A stretch of DNA of 63,993 nucleotides, the filler included, from Octopus bimaculoides (lineage: Eukaryota): NCBI RefSeq assembly GCF_001194135.2. It is 5 parts of 5 records of this genome, joined end to end, with 100 filler letters (N's around TTAATTAATTAA, not from the genome) between each part and the next. Parts side by side here need not be neighbours in the genome. Positions count along the whole stretch, not along the records: positions 1 to 26,127 come from NC_069006.1; 4 more parts are not named here. One strand, written 5' to 3'. The translations under genes and the position numbers were made by a program. Positions 12,060 through 25,738 of the stretch are shown here, one piece after another (within the stretch, counting starts at the first letter, position 1; every line of letters begins with the position of its first letter). The notes under the pieces are model-generated. The model worked only from the letters and a program-made list of their open reading frames with translations, had not been told where the DNA came from and did no database searches.

Positions 12060-12540
12060 TTCCTCAGCATCTGCGGTTGCTTCTTCTTTTTCTTCTTCTT
12101 CTAAGTCCCTTTATCTCTCTCTCTTCTTCGTTGACTTTTCTACTTCAACCCCATCTCCTTCTCTCTCTCTCTCGTATCTATATTTCTTTTCCTCTCTCAT
12201 TCTGTCCCTTTGTTTTCCTTCTCTCTCTCTCTCTCTCTCTCTTTGTCTGTCAGCTGTGTGTCCCTCTCTCATACTTCTTTCTACCATTCTAATTCCTTCT
12301 CGTCTCCGTGTTTTCTTTTTAATCTATCGCTCTCTCCTCCTACCTATATAACTCTTTATATATCTATTTTCTATTAATATTTGCAGAAGTAACAGTGACT
12401 CAAGGATCGAGAGTTTCGTGTGTCAGCACCGATCTATCTATCTGTCTGTCTGCCTATCTATTTCTCTCTCGATCCAATATTCTCTTTTCTCTCCCTTTCT
12501 CTTAATCTCTCTCTCTCTTTCTTTCAATCTCTCCCACTCT
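12060..12540. repeat. CT-rich low-complexity tract
   Basis: Pyrimidine-only runs and (CT)n. Confidence 0.9.
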
Positions 12541-12671
12541 TCGCCTTCCTTTTCCTCTCTAATTGTGCCTCCTCCCCTATATGAACCTCCGTCACTAACT
12601 GTTGCCCATCTCCTCAACCCACTCTTCACATTCGGTGATCCTCCTTTTTCCTCCACCGCTCTAGTAGAAAG
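12389..12671 (+). other. Candidate non-coding/5'-UTR exon
   Basis: Acceptor TTTGCAG before 12389; strong donor AAG|GTAAGT at 12671/12672. No convincing ORF. Confidence 0.3.
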
Positions 12672-13019
12672 GTAAGTTCATTTGCAAACGTTATTTAGTG
12701 ATAGTGGTGGTGGTTTCGGTGCAGTGGTGAAGGTGGTGGTGATCGCGTTGCAGTGGTAGTGGTGGTGGTGGTGGTTGTGATGATGATGGTGGCTGCGGTG
12801 TAGCGGTGGCTGTGTGTATGGAGGGGTAGAGCGTTATAGGGACAGCAGGGTGGTGAAGATGGCGATGTACAGGTGGAGGAAGTGAAGTGATGGCGGTGGT
12901 AGTGTTGCTGGCGTGATGTTGATGGATTGGTGGCTTGTTTTGCTGTATCGTTTTATACAAACCACAACTGCAATAAGAACAACAGTAATTATTGTCAACT
13001 ACACAGTGGCGATGGCTGG

Positions 13020-13085
13020 AGGAGGAAAGAGAGAGGGGGGTAGAACGAATGAGACGGAGAGATAGAGAAACAAAAGCGATAGAAT

Positions 13086-13128
<43 letters not shown>

Positions 13129-13950
13129 GGAAAAGAGAGTACAACAGAAAGAGAAAGCAACAGACAGAAAATGAATGAGATATAGATGGGAAGAGTGAAA
13201 AGAAGAGAGAAGGAGAAATAGAGCAACAAACATAGAAAGGGTGAAAGAAAGAAAGAAATAGACAGACAGATGGAGAGAAAGGGGACGATAAAGGAGCGAC
13301 AGATTGAGAGAAAGAGTAAGACATAAGTGAAAAGGATGAAAGAGAGATAGAGAGACAAAAGCTGGAGATAGAGCAGAGAAAAGTAAAAGATTTAATTTAG
13401 GAGAGAAAGAGAAAAAGAGAGTTAGTGAGTGAGAGGTAGTGACAAAATAATAGACACAGGACTGAGAGGAGGAGAGAATCGATAGGAAATGACAGAGAGA
13501 GAGAGAGAGAGACGTAGTGGAAGGGAGACTATCAGATTGAAAAGAACGTTATAGAGAGAGAAAGCAAAAGAAATATAGAAAGATATGGAGGGAGAGTAAG
13601 AGAGAGAGAAAGGAAGAGCTGAAAATAGAAGAGAGAGGGCGGTAAAAAAGAGGGAAGTAGAGAGAGAGAAATGAAAAGATAGAGAGGGTGCAGAAAGCCG
13701 GTGGCGAGAGAGATATAGAGACCATTAGAAAGAGAGGGGTGGAGAGAGATAGACGTGGAGGCAGTTAGAGAGAGAGAGAGATGAAAAGAGAGAGGAGTGG
13801 AGGTAGGTCGAGAGAAATAAAGACAATTTGAAAGAGAGAGCGGGAGAGTGGTGGAGAGAGGAATACATAAAGGTGGAAATAGCTAGAAAGAAAGAGATAG
13901 AGATCGAGAGAGGGAGTGAAAAGAGAGAAAGATTGAGAGTCTAAGGCGAA
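13020..13950. repeat. Purine-rich (GA-rich) low-complexity block
   Basis: About 0.9 kb of almost exclusively A/G with (GA)n. Confidence 0.9.
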
Positions 13951-14549
13951 GTGAGGTGTGGTTTACTCACACATGCACAAGACAAACCAGTCTTCCTTGG
14001 TGTTATTATTGTTTTTAGACACACCGATGGCCTGTCTCTATCTCTTTAACTACGGCATGGCTTCCAGCTAACTAAACTCGTGTCGACGGATTTTTTTCTC
14101 ATTAAACAATAGAATCGTGGCTTCTTTGATATACACCTCGCTCAGAGATTTATTATTACACACACATACATATATGTTAAATACATACACAGGCATACAC
14201 TCACGCACTCACACAAATATATACGCGCGCGCGTATAAGCACGCACATACCTATATATAAAGATGCATGCATATAATTCACCGATTGCGGGTGTTTTACG
14301 AAAACAACAGTAACTACAACAACAGCGCTTTCCACCCTGGATAAAACTCAACAACCGTATTAATTAGTAGTCTACCCCGGTCCGAGCATTAATAGCTCGT
14401 TTTGCGATACATGCTTGGACGTCCTTCTTGATGTGAACAAGGTTCCATCTATCTATCTATCCATCTATCATTTACTATTTCTCTTCTCCACTCTCTCGTT
14501 ATATATTTTTAATTACTATTTCTGTCTCTGTGGTTGCCTTGTCTTAAAG

Positions 14550-14630
14550 GCCAATGTTTCAATTCTATGGATATGGCAGACAAAACTGATTCGCAAGAAT
14601 GTCTTCCCGAGGTCGGCAAAGTTCAGAGAG
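14550..14630 (+). CDS. Candidate first coding exon, MDMADKTDSQECLPEVGKVQR (phase-1 donor); product unknown
   Basis: Pyrimidine tract and AAG| acceptor; ATGs at 14567 and 14573; donor GAG|GTTAGT at 14630/14631. Unique, non-repeat sequence. No downstream exon was identified. Confidence 0.35.
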
Positions 14631-15074
14631 GTTAGTTGACCAGAAATTTCTTATCCTTTTTTTCTCATATATCTATATATGTATATATATTTTTAATAGT
14701 TCATTCACACATGTTTAAAATCTGCTTCCAAATTCACATCGATGTTGTTGTTCCCATTCATTTGTGTTCCTTTCACAGTTCAGAGAAAATATCGACTTTT
14801 ATTATTTTCTTGTAATGTTTGCAGAATTTATTTTACGTGTTGTATTTCGGTTTCTTTTAATTAATATCGTCTTTCGATGTCTTCTGTGGGCCCTTGAGGC
14901 GTCAGTCTTTGGTTCTTAGGTACATATATATATATATATGTGGGAATTACAAAACCAAGTATCGCCCCTGAGACCAATAAAAGAAATTATTATATTTGGC
15001 GATCTTTAAATAATTAATAATTGCTGAAATCATTATGAATTTTTTTTCTTCTTTTATCTCCTGTGTTCAAATTC

Positions 15075-15330
15075 AATCGATGTCAACTTTGCCTTCATCT
15101 CTTGATAAAATAAAGTACCACTCAAGTACTGAGTCAATGTTATCGACTAACCCCTTCCATTCAAAATTTCTGGCCTTGAGCCTATTATCAAGTTGGCAGA
15201 CTCGTTAGTGCGTCGGACAAAATGCTTGGCGGCGTTACTTGCCAACTCGTTACGTTTTGAGTTCAAATGCTGGCGAAGTCAACTTCACTTTTCATCCTTT
15301 CGAACTTGATAAAATAAAGTACCAGTCAAT
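15075..15330 (+). mobile_element. Two partial SINE family B copies
   Basis: GTCAACTTTGCCTT...GATAAAATAAAGTACCA occurs twice. Confidence 0.7.
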
Positions 15331-17559
15331 TATTTCTGCTTGTTTTCACCGTCTGTTTTAAAGAAGCAGGTGGTAGAGATAGTTGTATATGTTTATTTCC
15401 TCTTTATTTTGAAACCCTGTACCAAGATTTAGCTTTAAGGAAATTGAAAGTTGTGACACTCGAGTCTTTGTATCTTAAGAGAAAAGGGGAGGGGAGAGGG
15501 AAGTGGTTTGACAGGGAATCGAAACCGTCACGGCAGTACTGCTTCGTGTGATTGAACATATCGCACACACCAGAGATACAAATTCGGTTAAGTTAAGAGT
15601 CGCATGTCCTCAAAATACCTCGCCATAACAGTATTTGATGGGAAGAGGTTCTCTCGCCGATCAAAAACATTCCAGATTCGACCATCTCGTCCTTTTTTTT
15701 AAGGATATGTAGAACTACATTCTTTAATTGTATTCTTCATTTAAGACGATTGGGTGGTGTGTGTTTGTGACTGTGGGGATTTGGGTACTATTACTACGTA
15801 GAGGAGGCACCCTTCTTTGGCTCGAGCGAAAGATCGCCTCTAATTGAATTGACCTATGATCAAAAGCGCTCCAACTATGACCATCATCTCTTTGTCTCCA
15901 GATGTCGCGTATCAAATACATTGTTCAATGTAATCTTGGATATTCTTTTAAAAGACCAAGATGTTATCTAGGGTAGATTTGGCTGTCTTTTCTAACAAAT
16001 TGATCGGCCACATAGAAGCTTCCTTCTTTGACTTGTGTCGGCAGATAATTGTTTGTTCTGGTGAAATTGGTTTCGATTTCTCGGTAGAACCTCTTCATTT
16101 TACGTCAGTTCTGACGTTTGGAAAAGCCTCAGGAACTTCGCAAAATTCCATTTCCTATTTCAATGAATTCGTGTTATGTTAAACAGTCATTATTGTTACT
16201 AAATATTTATTGCTGAAATTAATTTACTGGAAGTCATTAGAAATTATTCCTGGTAACATTACATCACAGGGTGCTTCTTCTATCTTGTGATACTTAATCC
16301 TCGAGTTGCGTTCTATCGTCAGTGGGTATTCTTGTAGAATAGAGTCGGAAATTATTTAATACGCTATAAACTGTAATTTCCTGGGATCTGTATGTTATAT
16401 GTATCGTAGATTACGAAATTGCAAAGTACAGCACAAAAAATTGTGTGGGAAAGTAGATTTTGTCCTCCACCCTTCCGTGAATTCTCAGTTTTTAACTTTT
16501 CAAAATTCTTTTTTAGATTTATATTACATTATAATTTTTGAAGGTTCATAATCTTAAGATGCTAAAAATATAAACCTGAGTCGGAGCTAAAAAGATTACA
16601 GAAAAGGGGACCTCTTTCTCTCATCTTTTCTCTTTTATTTTATTTATTTTTTCTGATTCATCATCTACGAATCTGCGTGAAAATGCAGACCCGAAGAAAT
16701 TACTGATTTTGGCACACTGGATAATTTGGGATGGTCACATTCTGGAATACCTTTGCTTGCAGGTATTCTAAACCGGGACTAATTTGGGTGCTTAAACAAC
16801 AACACTACCACTAACTACTACATGCGTCAGTCTGTCAGTCACCCTCCATCCTTTTATGAGATGGCTATCTACCTCACCACCCTGATACACTACCTTCCTA
16901 ATAATAAATATTGCAGCTGTTTGTAACTATTTCCGGTCTTGAACTCCGCACCTCTTACTTCAAACTGCGAGTAATTAAGTCTGTTTACTTTAGTTGATAA
17001 TAAACAACTTTCAGTTGTAGTTCTGAGTGTTCCAACATTCCAAACACGCCAATAATGACGGCAACAAATCGTCTAACTGCTTAGAATTCCATCATGCATG
17101 GAGATTTCCGCGATCGATCCACAATAAACTGAATCTGAACCTGTTTCGAGTTTTGCTCGCAGCAAATTCCTCCTTCCTCCTCCTTTGTCAGTGGTATTTA
17201 TTTTTCGTTTGAGAAAAGACATGCAATGAACGGAAACACCCACCCTTAAAAGTATGTGAACTTCATGGAAAATAGCAAATAGCCGTCATATTTTCCTAAT
17301 TATTTCCTATCGATAAAGATATTTTTGTTTTTTTGGTTTTTGTAAAAAAAACTATTTTTATTCCTAAGATGTCTAAATGCGGTCAGAAGAAAGTCTGGAT
17401 GAGGTCAATTCCCAGATTTTAATATCAGTAACATGTACATAAAACGAAACTGAAGACCCACTTTACGTCTATAAGTCTTTAAAACTGGTTTCTCATTTGG
17501 ACACTAGGATTAGCTTTTCTTTTCTTTTTTTTAAAGGAAAATGGATAGTCAGTACCATG

Positions 17560-17705
17560 GGCCACAATACTCGACTGGTACTTTCATTTTATCGACCCTA
17601 TAGGGATGATAGGCAAAATTAATCTCGACGGGATTTGAACTCAAAATGCCAAAACGCCGGTACGAATGACATCTTCCCAATCTCTAATGATTCGGCCAGC
17701 TCTCA
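17560..17705 (-). mobile_element. SINE family B fragment
   Basis: CTGGTACTTT...TATCGACC...GGATTTGAACTC. Confidence 0.65.
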
Positions 17706-20224
17706 ATAATAAATTATTTTTTAAAGTATGACATATTACACATTAGTGCCCCTCTCGACTTTGTTTCTTCATAACTTTCTGAAAAGTGTTTATTTTTTCA
17801 TGAAATTTTGCAGAGGGACTTTTTCGAGGATGTAGATTACAACGGTGTTGATAAAATTTAGGGGGAAAAAAATAAAAGAACAGTTGTAGAGGCTTTTTGG
17901 ATCGTTCTCCCTCCTCTCTCACTCGACTTGTGACCAATTTCCGTAATTTTAGCATTTTTTTCCCTCCAGATTTATGTTTGAAACACCAATATTACTTACT
18001 ATGCTCTCACGAAAACATTTCTGCAAAATGTCATTTAAAAATATACATCTTAAAAAGTAGAGAGGGAGAAGAATGACCGAAACGCATTCAAAAATGAAAA
18101 AGAAATAATTCTTTTCAATANNNNNNNNNNNNNNNNNNNNNNNNNNNNNNNNNNNNNNNNNNNNNNNNNNNNNNNNNNNNNNNNNNNNNNNNNNNNNNNN
18201 NNNNNNNNNNNNNNNNNNNNNNNNNNNNNNNNNNNNNNNNNNNNNNNNNNNNNNNNNNNNNNNNNNNNNNNNNNNNNNNNNNNNNNNNNNNNNNNNNNNN
18301 NNNNNNNNNNNNNNNNNNNNNNNNNNNNNNNNNNNNNNNNNNNNNNNNNNNNNNNNNNNNNNNNNNNNNNNNNNNNNNNNNNNNNNNNNNNNNNNNNNNN
18401 NNNNNNNNNNNNNNNNNNNNNNNNNNNNNNNNNNNNNNNNNNNNNNNNNNNNNNNNNNNNNNNNNNNNNNNNNNNNNNNNNNNNNNNNNNNNNNNNNNNN
18501 NNNNNNNNNNNNNNNNNNNNNNNNNNNNNNNNNNNNNNNNNNNNNNNNNNNNNNNNNNNNNNNNNNNNNNNNNNNNNNNNNNNNNNNNNNNNNNNNNNNN
18601 NNNNNNNNNNNNNNNNNNNNNNNNNNNNNNNNNNNNNNNNNNNNNNNNNNNNNNNNNNNNNNNNNNNNNNNNNNNNNNNNNNNNNNNNNNNNNNNNNNNN
18701 NNNNNNNNNNNNNNNNNNNNNNNNNNNNNNNNNNNNNNNNNNNNNNNNNNNNNNNNNNNCCCAACTTCCCATCCTTTTCTTTTTCTACAAAAAACAACCA
18801 TTTGTTGTAGCTGAGTCAACCGTTAAACACGGCTCGCAAGCCATTTATTAAAATAGTCATCTTAATAATAACAATCTTCTCTGATATAAGAAAACGCTTT
18901 ATAAACGGGATGTGTGTGTGTGTGTAAAGGATTTTAAGAGAAGACGGGATGAGTATACGTCGCACTGTGTGTGTCAGGCTCTTAGCATGTGTGGTATGTG
19001 TACAAGCTCTATGTGTGGTGTGTTTGTGTGTGCCTGTGTAGCTTTTAGAAGTGCGCGAGCACCTCTTGGTGTGTATGCCTGTCAGGCTCATAATGTGTAT
19101 GTATAGATATCTACCTTGTTGATATTACACGTGCATGCCTGTTTGTCAGCAGATTTGTGTATATCTTACTCAAGTGCGTGTGTGGATTATTTGTACAAAC
19201 AAATCGTGAGCGATACCTCTTTACGCATATCTACCTCTGCTTATATACGTTAGCTTCTAAGGTAGAATAATTTTTTTTTACCTTCTTCCCCAACACAAAC
19301 CGTCATGACCAATTATTAGTATATATTTATTTCTTCCCATACAGACAATAGGTGAAAGGTACAAGAAATCTATTTGGGTCTGTATTCAGCCTGCAGACTC
19401 AATATGTTGGAGTCCCGACGTTACGTGCCTCTTTCCCTATTTTAAATAGCATCTAGGTCTTCCTCAAATCACACCCACGGGGCATCTTTTATTTTTCTTT
19501 AATAAAAAAAAGAAGACGTTGGCATATAATAGTCCAGGGTACACGATGCTTGATAAAAAAAATTAAAAAATGAAGTCGGTCATAGCTTGAACGCATTTGA
19601 TCATTAGGGGCTGACCCACTTTTTGCGTGAGGTAGTAAGATGCGTTGTCAATTGAATCATCGATATAAATTAACTGGTACTTCGTCGTCCCAGTACCTCC
19701 CTGGGTGACAGAAAGGTGGGGAAGTAGCAGCAATATTGACCTCCAGACGTGATTGCTTTCATCCAAGTTACTTTGGTCAACTTTGCATGGATCTGGATTT
19801 GTTAAAACAATAGTCAAACTTTACTTATATCACACCTTAACGACCATCTTAAAGAAATAAAAAATCAAATAAACATGATGAATATGTGTAGTCTATTGTA
19901 CATAATTCCTGAAAATTTTTTTTTTTTCTAAATGGTGAAACTTTTGTAAGCGGAATGCATTTTGATCGTAGGTCTGCTGGATGAGGACTGACCTATAGCT
20001 AAATAATAGCAAACACGTGTGTGTTGTATATAAATACAAAACACAGACGTAGCTCACTGGAAGACTGCATTGGCACACAATATACATACATTCTTACACA
20101 TGCATACAGGTACATTACGTATACACAACATAAGCAGCATGTTTTGTTGTTTTTGTTTCAACACCAAACAATAACAAGATGCGTGTGTGTGTAAACGAAA
20201 ATGAACCCACACACACACACAGGA

Positions 20225-20349
20225 GCCGTCTTAGCAATGTAGGTCCCTCGGGTCCTCTAGTATTTACTGACAACAAGTCACAGCATACATAGATCAGAAT
20301 TAGGCCCCTAGACCCGTAAGACCCTGGTATGTCCAAGGCTTAAGACGGC
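20225..20349. mobile_element. Small MITE with short TIRs
   Basis: GCCGTCTTA(GC)...(GCT)TAAGACGGC termini. Confidence 0.55.
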
Positions 20350-20629
20350 ATTGTATATACATGCAGTGTAGAGTAGCACCAAAAGCAGAAACTAATATTT
20401 TTTATATATTTAATTTTTGCCAAAGAATTACCTGCAGGTTACGTATATGTGGAACACTCAGTCACATAGATGTTAATTTAGGAATAGTTGATCGAACAAC
20501 TGAATCCTCATCGTCGAACGGCGGAGATCCCCACCACCATATATATTTTCTACACATAGTGTATGTGTCTGTGTATGAACAGTTGTACCTTACTAAACTA
20601 TCAGTAGTCCTGTTATACACTCTACTAAC

Positions 20630-21041
20630 CTGCTGTTGTTACACCGTGTGTACACGCACCTACATGTATACACACGTTCATAAAGACTACAATTGAGACG
20701 AAGTGGTGGCGACACTGCCTGGTTTGGTGGTGGTGGTGGTGTTGATGACGGGGTGTTTTTGATGGTGGTGGTGACGGCGGCGGTGTTTGTTGATGGTGGT
20801 GGTGACGGCGGCGGTGTTTGTTGATGGTGGTGGTGGTGGTGGTGGTGGCAATGCACTGACAAAATACAGCAGCAGTAGATGTGAGGTGGTGGTGCAGAAG
20901 CGGCACATATCTGGAGTTGTTGTCATATGTGTCACCTCACGCAAGCTGCTAAGGGAGCCGTAAACGGGGACATCGTAGCTTCTGCTGTTGTTATTTGATC
21001 GTGGAATGTAATTGTGTTGCTTCGTTCGTTCTTCAGTCTCT
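20630..21041 (-). other. Candidate minus-strand 5' exon (CAC/ACC-rich), probably largely UTR
   Basis: Donor GCAG|GTTAGT at 20630 and possible acceptor TGTTGTAG at 21042. The frame reaching the donor has only a GTG start or a late ATG (MNVCIHVGACTHGVTTA). Confidence 0.22.
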
Positions 21042-21467
21042 CTACAACACACATTCCTATTTCTCGGGTTCTCTCACTGTCTCCTCCTTAGATATGTATG
21101 CTCGCGCATGTATACGTCTGCATGTTTACATGTATATATGTACGTGTGTATGTACATTTGTATATATGTGTATATTTGTGTATGTGTATTTCTTTTATCT
21201 CTCTACCACTTTATCTTTCCTATATTTATATAGAAATATTTCCTTTATCTCTCTATCTCCCTGTATCTTCCCCTCCCTTTCTCATCTCTTCATAAACAAT
21301 CTATCGTATTAGTTTCACCCCCCACCTTTGTCCCTCCATTTTCCATCGCCATTCATTCTGCTCGAGAATATTATTTTTAATATAAAGTAATCATATACCT
21401 CACTTATTTCTCCCCCTCCCCGCCTCCGTTTTTTTTTTCTGTTGTGTTTTGGGTTTAATAAAATAAG

Positions 21468-21790
21468 CACAGGCATGGCTGTATGGTTAAGAAACTCGCT
21501 TTGCAGTCATGTGCTTTCGGGTTCAGTCCCACTGCACAGCACCTTGAATTGGTGTCTTCTACGAGACTGACCAATGCCTTGTGAGTGAATTTAGTTGGAA
21601 ACTGTGGAAGCCCACTTCCACTGCTTGACAACAAGTGTTGGTGGTCTGTATGTCCTTGTAACGTAGCAGTTCAGCAAAATATACTAATACAATAAAGCCC
21701 AGACTTTAAGAAAATAAATATTGGGATTGATTTGTTCAATTAGAAACCTTCAAGCCAGTGTCCCAGTATGACCACAATCCAATGACTTCG
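21468..21790 (+). mobile_element. SINE family A
   Basis: GCACAGGCATGGCTGTATGGTTAAG...GGGTTCAGTCCCACTGC head. Confidence 0.85.
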
Positions 21791-21799
21791 TGGCCGTCC

Positions 21800-22054
21800 A
21801 TACATGGCAGGCACGTTCTTTATGTCCTTCTTCGGTTGAGCGGTCCTAGTTTTGTGGGTTGGTGGGTGCTTGTGCCAAGTTAAAAGTACCCAGTACACTC
21901 TGTGAAGTGGCTTGCATTAGAAAGGGCATCCAGCCAAAGGAACCATGCCAAAACAGACAAAATGGAACCTGGGCAGTTCTCCAATTGGCCAGCTCCTCTC
22001 AAACCATCCAACCCTTGCCAGCATGGAGATAAGCATTAAATGAGGGTGATATCT

Positions 22055-22094
<40 letters not shown>

Positions 22095-22770
22095 GCTTTA
22101 TGTTCACTGTATATTTACAATATTTATCCAGATGCTGGTGTCAGGTCAGTGGCACCCATGCCGGTGGCACATAAAAAGTACCCACTACACTCAGAGTGGT
22201 TGGTGTTAGGAAGGGCATCCAGCCCTAGAAACCTTCCCAAATCAGACTGGAACCTGGTACAGCCCTCCCCCCTCCCCAGCTCACCAGTTTTTAGTCAAAC
22301 CATCCAACCCATACCATCATGGAAAGTGGACATTAAACAACGATGATGATTGGGTACATCAACGCTGATGATTGGGTACACCTGATAATGATAGCATTTT
22401 GAAATGTTGTAGTTTAGCCCCAGGTCAGCTTTTAGCAAGCAGACTTAATGATCAACATGATGCCCCACCCATATTCATCATCATCATCGTTTAACGTCCG
22501 CTTTCCATGCTAGCTTGGGTTGGACGATTTGACTGAGGACTGGTGAAACTGGATGGCAACACCAGGCTCCAATCTGATTTGGCAGAGTTTCTAAAGCTGG
22601 ATGCCCTTCCTAACACCAACCACTAAGAGAGTGTAGTGGGTGCTTTTACGTGTCACCTACATGAAGGCCAGTCAGGCGGTACTGGCAACGGCCACGCTCA
22701 AAGTGGTGTATTTTATGTGCCACCCGCACAAGAGCCAGTCCAGGGGCACTGGCAACGATCTCGCTCGAAA
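21800..22770. mobile_element. Cluster of three SINE family C copies (+ about 21800-22050, + 22145-22350, - 22480-22770) with (GAT)n tails
   Basis: AGGAAGGGCATCCAGC core and CCAACCCATGCCAGCATGGAAAG...GATGATGAT tail; the last copy is inverted. Confidence 0.8.
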
Positions 22771-23118
22771 ATCATATTATGTATCAAAACAATATATCTA
22801 GGACTACATTATGTATTATGTCCTTCCTTTTATAATGGTATGTTTTGGGTTGAAGTTCCTGTTACTTCTTGCAGATTAAGTGGCCACATAGTCTTAACAT
22901 AAAGTACTGAAGTGGTTACTTAATCGGAAAAATAATTTAACTACTTCACAATAAAATTAGATTTGAAACTGTCTCCTCTAGTTTGGTAACCTGTTGTTAA
23001 TCCATTTATTACCAGCATGAGAATGCACTTTCTTCAAGGTGGTGCCCCAGCATGGCTGCAGTCTAATGACTGAAAAAAAAAAGAAAAGAAGATTAAAATA
23101 ATACTTTGCTTTTCTTTC

Positions 23119-23462
23119 AGATAATTTTGAAAACATTAAGAATTTAGTAAAATAACTTTGTGTCTTAAGTTGATGTTTGGAACATAAATGCTCCTGAAAT
23201 TTTGATGGAAGGTTTTGATTTAGATTACTTTGTCCCATTTGTTAGCATATTTCTGTTGCAATACTATGGCTTTGTTTCAATCAATTTTGAAAATAATGAA
23301 GAATTTAGTCAAATAACTTTGTCATTGTTGAACTGGTGTTTGGAACCATAGATTAACAAGAAATTTTGATTGGAAGTTTTTAATTTAGATCATTTTAAAT
23401 CAGAAAGTTCACATCATAGAACCAAGGGTGGTCTCGGGTAGATCAATTTCAAAAAAGGTTAA
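23119..23462 (+). mobile_element. Tandem partial copies of a second piggyBac-type MITE
   Basis: Duplicated AATTTTGAAAA...AAGAATTTAGT...TTTTGATGGAAGG block; ends AAAAGGTTAA. Confidence 0.6.
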
Positions 23463-23789
23463 CTTCAGGTAAGTACTGTTAAATTAGACCTAAGATCAAC
23501 AAGTTCCAGTTATGATCATCCAAACTTTTTGTATATCTACAACCACATTGTCCATTGTAGCCTTCTTGATTTAAGATTGTAGTATGTGAGTTGAGTGTGA
23601 TTTGACAGCTATTTCTAGTTGGTCTACTATTATAAATAGTCATTTCTAAGTATCTCAATAACATATTCATTTTTATAGAGGCCTATACCACTTGTACAGG
23701 CCTTTATTCAAGTGAATATTTATATTGTTGAGATTTTTTAGAAATGGCTTTTCATAATTGTAGGCTTTCATATTTGTTTCAAATTTTGG

Positions 23790-23940
23790 CACAACACCAG
23801 CAATTACAGGGGTGAGAGTTAGTCAATTACATTCAACCTCAGTACTCAAAGGGTACTTATTTTATCGACCGTGAAAGCATAAAAGCAAAGTCAACCTCAG
23901 TGAAATTTGAATTTAGAATATTAAGATTTTGCCAGCTCAC
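23790..23940 (-). mobile_element. SINE family B fragment
   Basis: GGTACTTATTTTATCGACC...GCAAAGTCAACCTC. Confidence 0.65.
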
Positions 23941-24019
23941 CACCTTATTGTAGAATTCATATTGAGAACAAACTTTGTTTTACTATCTCCTGGTGTTCAG
24001 TTAAACCTTTTGTAGGTCA

Positions 24020-24390
24020 GTGTCAACTGGAAAAAGAAGGGAGTTCCAGAGGAATGCTGTTTGGTTGAAGAAAGACTGGAAGTACTTCAGTGTGGTGGCT
24101 TAGGAGAGAAGTTAATGATGTGTTCAGCAGATGTAAAAGGCGATGGGAACTAGTCAGAGCAGAGGCTGTTATAGTAATCGTGGAAGAGACTGAGAGCAAC
24201 AATCGAGTTTATGAATCAATCAGTTGTTGTCTTGGATGTTTTCCAGAGTAAATGTTTACCTCATCAAATTTACCCTCTTCTGTCTGAAATTCCACTGTTG
24301 CTGGTATCATGGAGTCAACTTTACTCTCAATGGTCCCTTCACATAGACACACTGTTAGTACCTGTAATAAACTGAGGTTGATTCATTTCA
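24020..24390 (-). mobile_element. CR1/L2-type LINE 3' relic
   Basis: Minus-strand translation SLLRLFHDYYNSLCS... resembles the CR1 C-terminal SLCLFYRYYHG.CS motif; contains stops. Confidence 0.55.
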
Positions 24391-24404
24391 CTATATTTCC
24401 ATTT

Positions 24405-24740
24405 TATCTTGTTTTAGTCATTGGACTGTGGCCATACTGGGGCACTGCGTTTTAGCCATACAAATGGATCCCAGTTCTTACTTTTAAGTTTTGTTCTTGA
24501 TACCGATTCTTTTGATCTCTTTTGGCAAACCACCAAGTTCCAGGGATATAAACAAAACAACATTGGCAAGTGGGGACAAACACTAATGCACACACAAACA
24601 CACACGCACTCTCCCTAATACATTCACATTGGTCAGCCTGGATCTATAGTAAAAGACACCTGCCCAAGGTGTTACATAGAATTGAACTCAAAACCACATG
24701 GTTGCAAATTGAGCTTCTCAATCACACACCATACCTGCAC
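24405..24740 (-). mobile_element. SINE family A (diverged)
   Basis: Homologous to other family A copies. Confidence 0.75.
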
Positions 24741-24987
24741 ATTGTGCAAAAATTTTACTTTTTTCCAAAGCATGTAAATGTTTCCTCCATATTGCAGGAG
24801 GTACAAAACTCTAGAGACTGGAGTTTTCTTTTAATTAGAAAAATATCTTATGACATTTATTAAAAAAAAAAATCTAAAAAAGCCTCTTTTTTCCTATTTC
24901 TACACACTTGAGTAGGTGTAAACCATTAAATCCTAGTTTAAGTTTGTTATCTAAATATGGTAAGCTCAATGTGTGTGTGTTTGTGTG

Positions 24988-25024
<37 letters not shown>

Positions 25025-25738
25025 CCTGAAGCAGGTATTTTAAATGTTCCTTCCTCTACCTCATGAAATGTAAACTAGTCCATAATCCCTTTAACTCCTT
25101 CATTTATCAGAAAATTCCCATCATATTGTGGCTATGTTGCAAAAACCAAAGCCAAAATAGAAATTCTCACTACATGTCAAATGTTTTTGAAATCTACCCA
25201 AGAAATACATCTGGCAGCAAGACATACTGTTGTTTCATTTGTAACTCTACTTACCATTGGAAATGTTATCTTCTAAGAAAATGCTTTTATCCTAAGAAAA
25301 GGGATTTTTAATATTTAGGAATGGAAGTTGTCATAATTTATGCCCAAGAAATTTGATAAAAAAACAAATCTAATCTGGAAGAATTTTTAATGGAATTCTT
25401 CTGAGAGATATTTTGAAATTATCTATTTCTTTTTAACTTCTTTTTAATTTTTAATATTGTATTTTATGTCTCTGAAATCTGGTGTGGTTCATATCTGTTT
25501 AACTGAAATGTGTTTGAACACCTGGTGTGTTTATAGTGTTGGGAAACACAACTACAACTGGTGTGTCGGTTGTGGTATTGGATTATATATTAAGAATGTT
25601 GTGGTCAGAGTACATAATAGCTGGTGCGTTATCTTGTTGGATTACATAGCTGTTATGTTGTGTTCTTGGGACACACATCAGCTGGTGTACTATGGTGTTA
25701 GACTGTGAATCAAGTGTATTGCAGAATTGGCGTGTCAC

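Noticed and set aside
12691-13233. 180-aa Pro/His/Thr-rich minus-strand ORF
   Set aside because: It is the antisense of a GGT/GA low-complexity tract, starts at a non-ATG codon, and has no domain.
17949-18819. Long ORFs spanning N-gaps (also 9857, 10896, 26754, 29606, 34174, 47404 and others)
   Set aside because: Their length comes from untranslatable Ns.
19563-19817. Minus-strand ORF DPCKVDQSNLDESNHVWRS..., in phase with the 20630 donor and superficially like a UMOD/GP2 DPC...WRS motif
   Set aside because: The acceptor is weak, the downstream cysteines and GWYRF motif are absent, and part of it resembles a decayed SINE B (AACTGGTACTT...GAAAGG...GACCTC).
20687-21052. 121-aa ORF with a signal-peptide-like LLLLYFVSA
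   Set aside because: It is mostly CAC/ACC repeats, all three frames are open, and it stops before the donor; at best a uORF.
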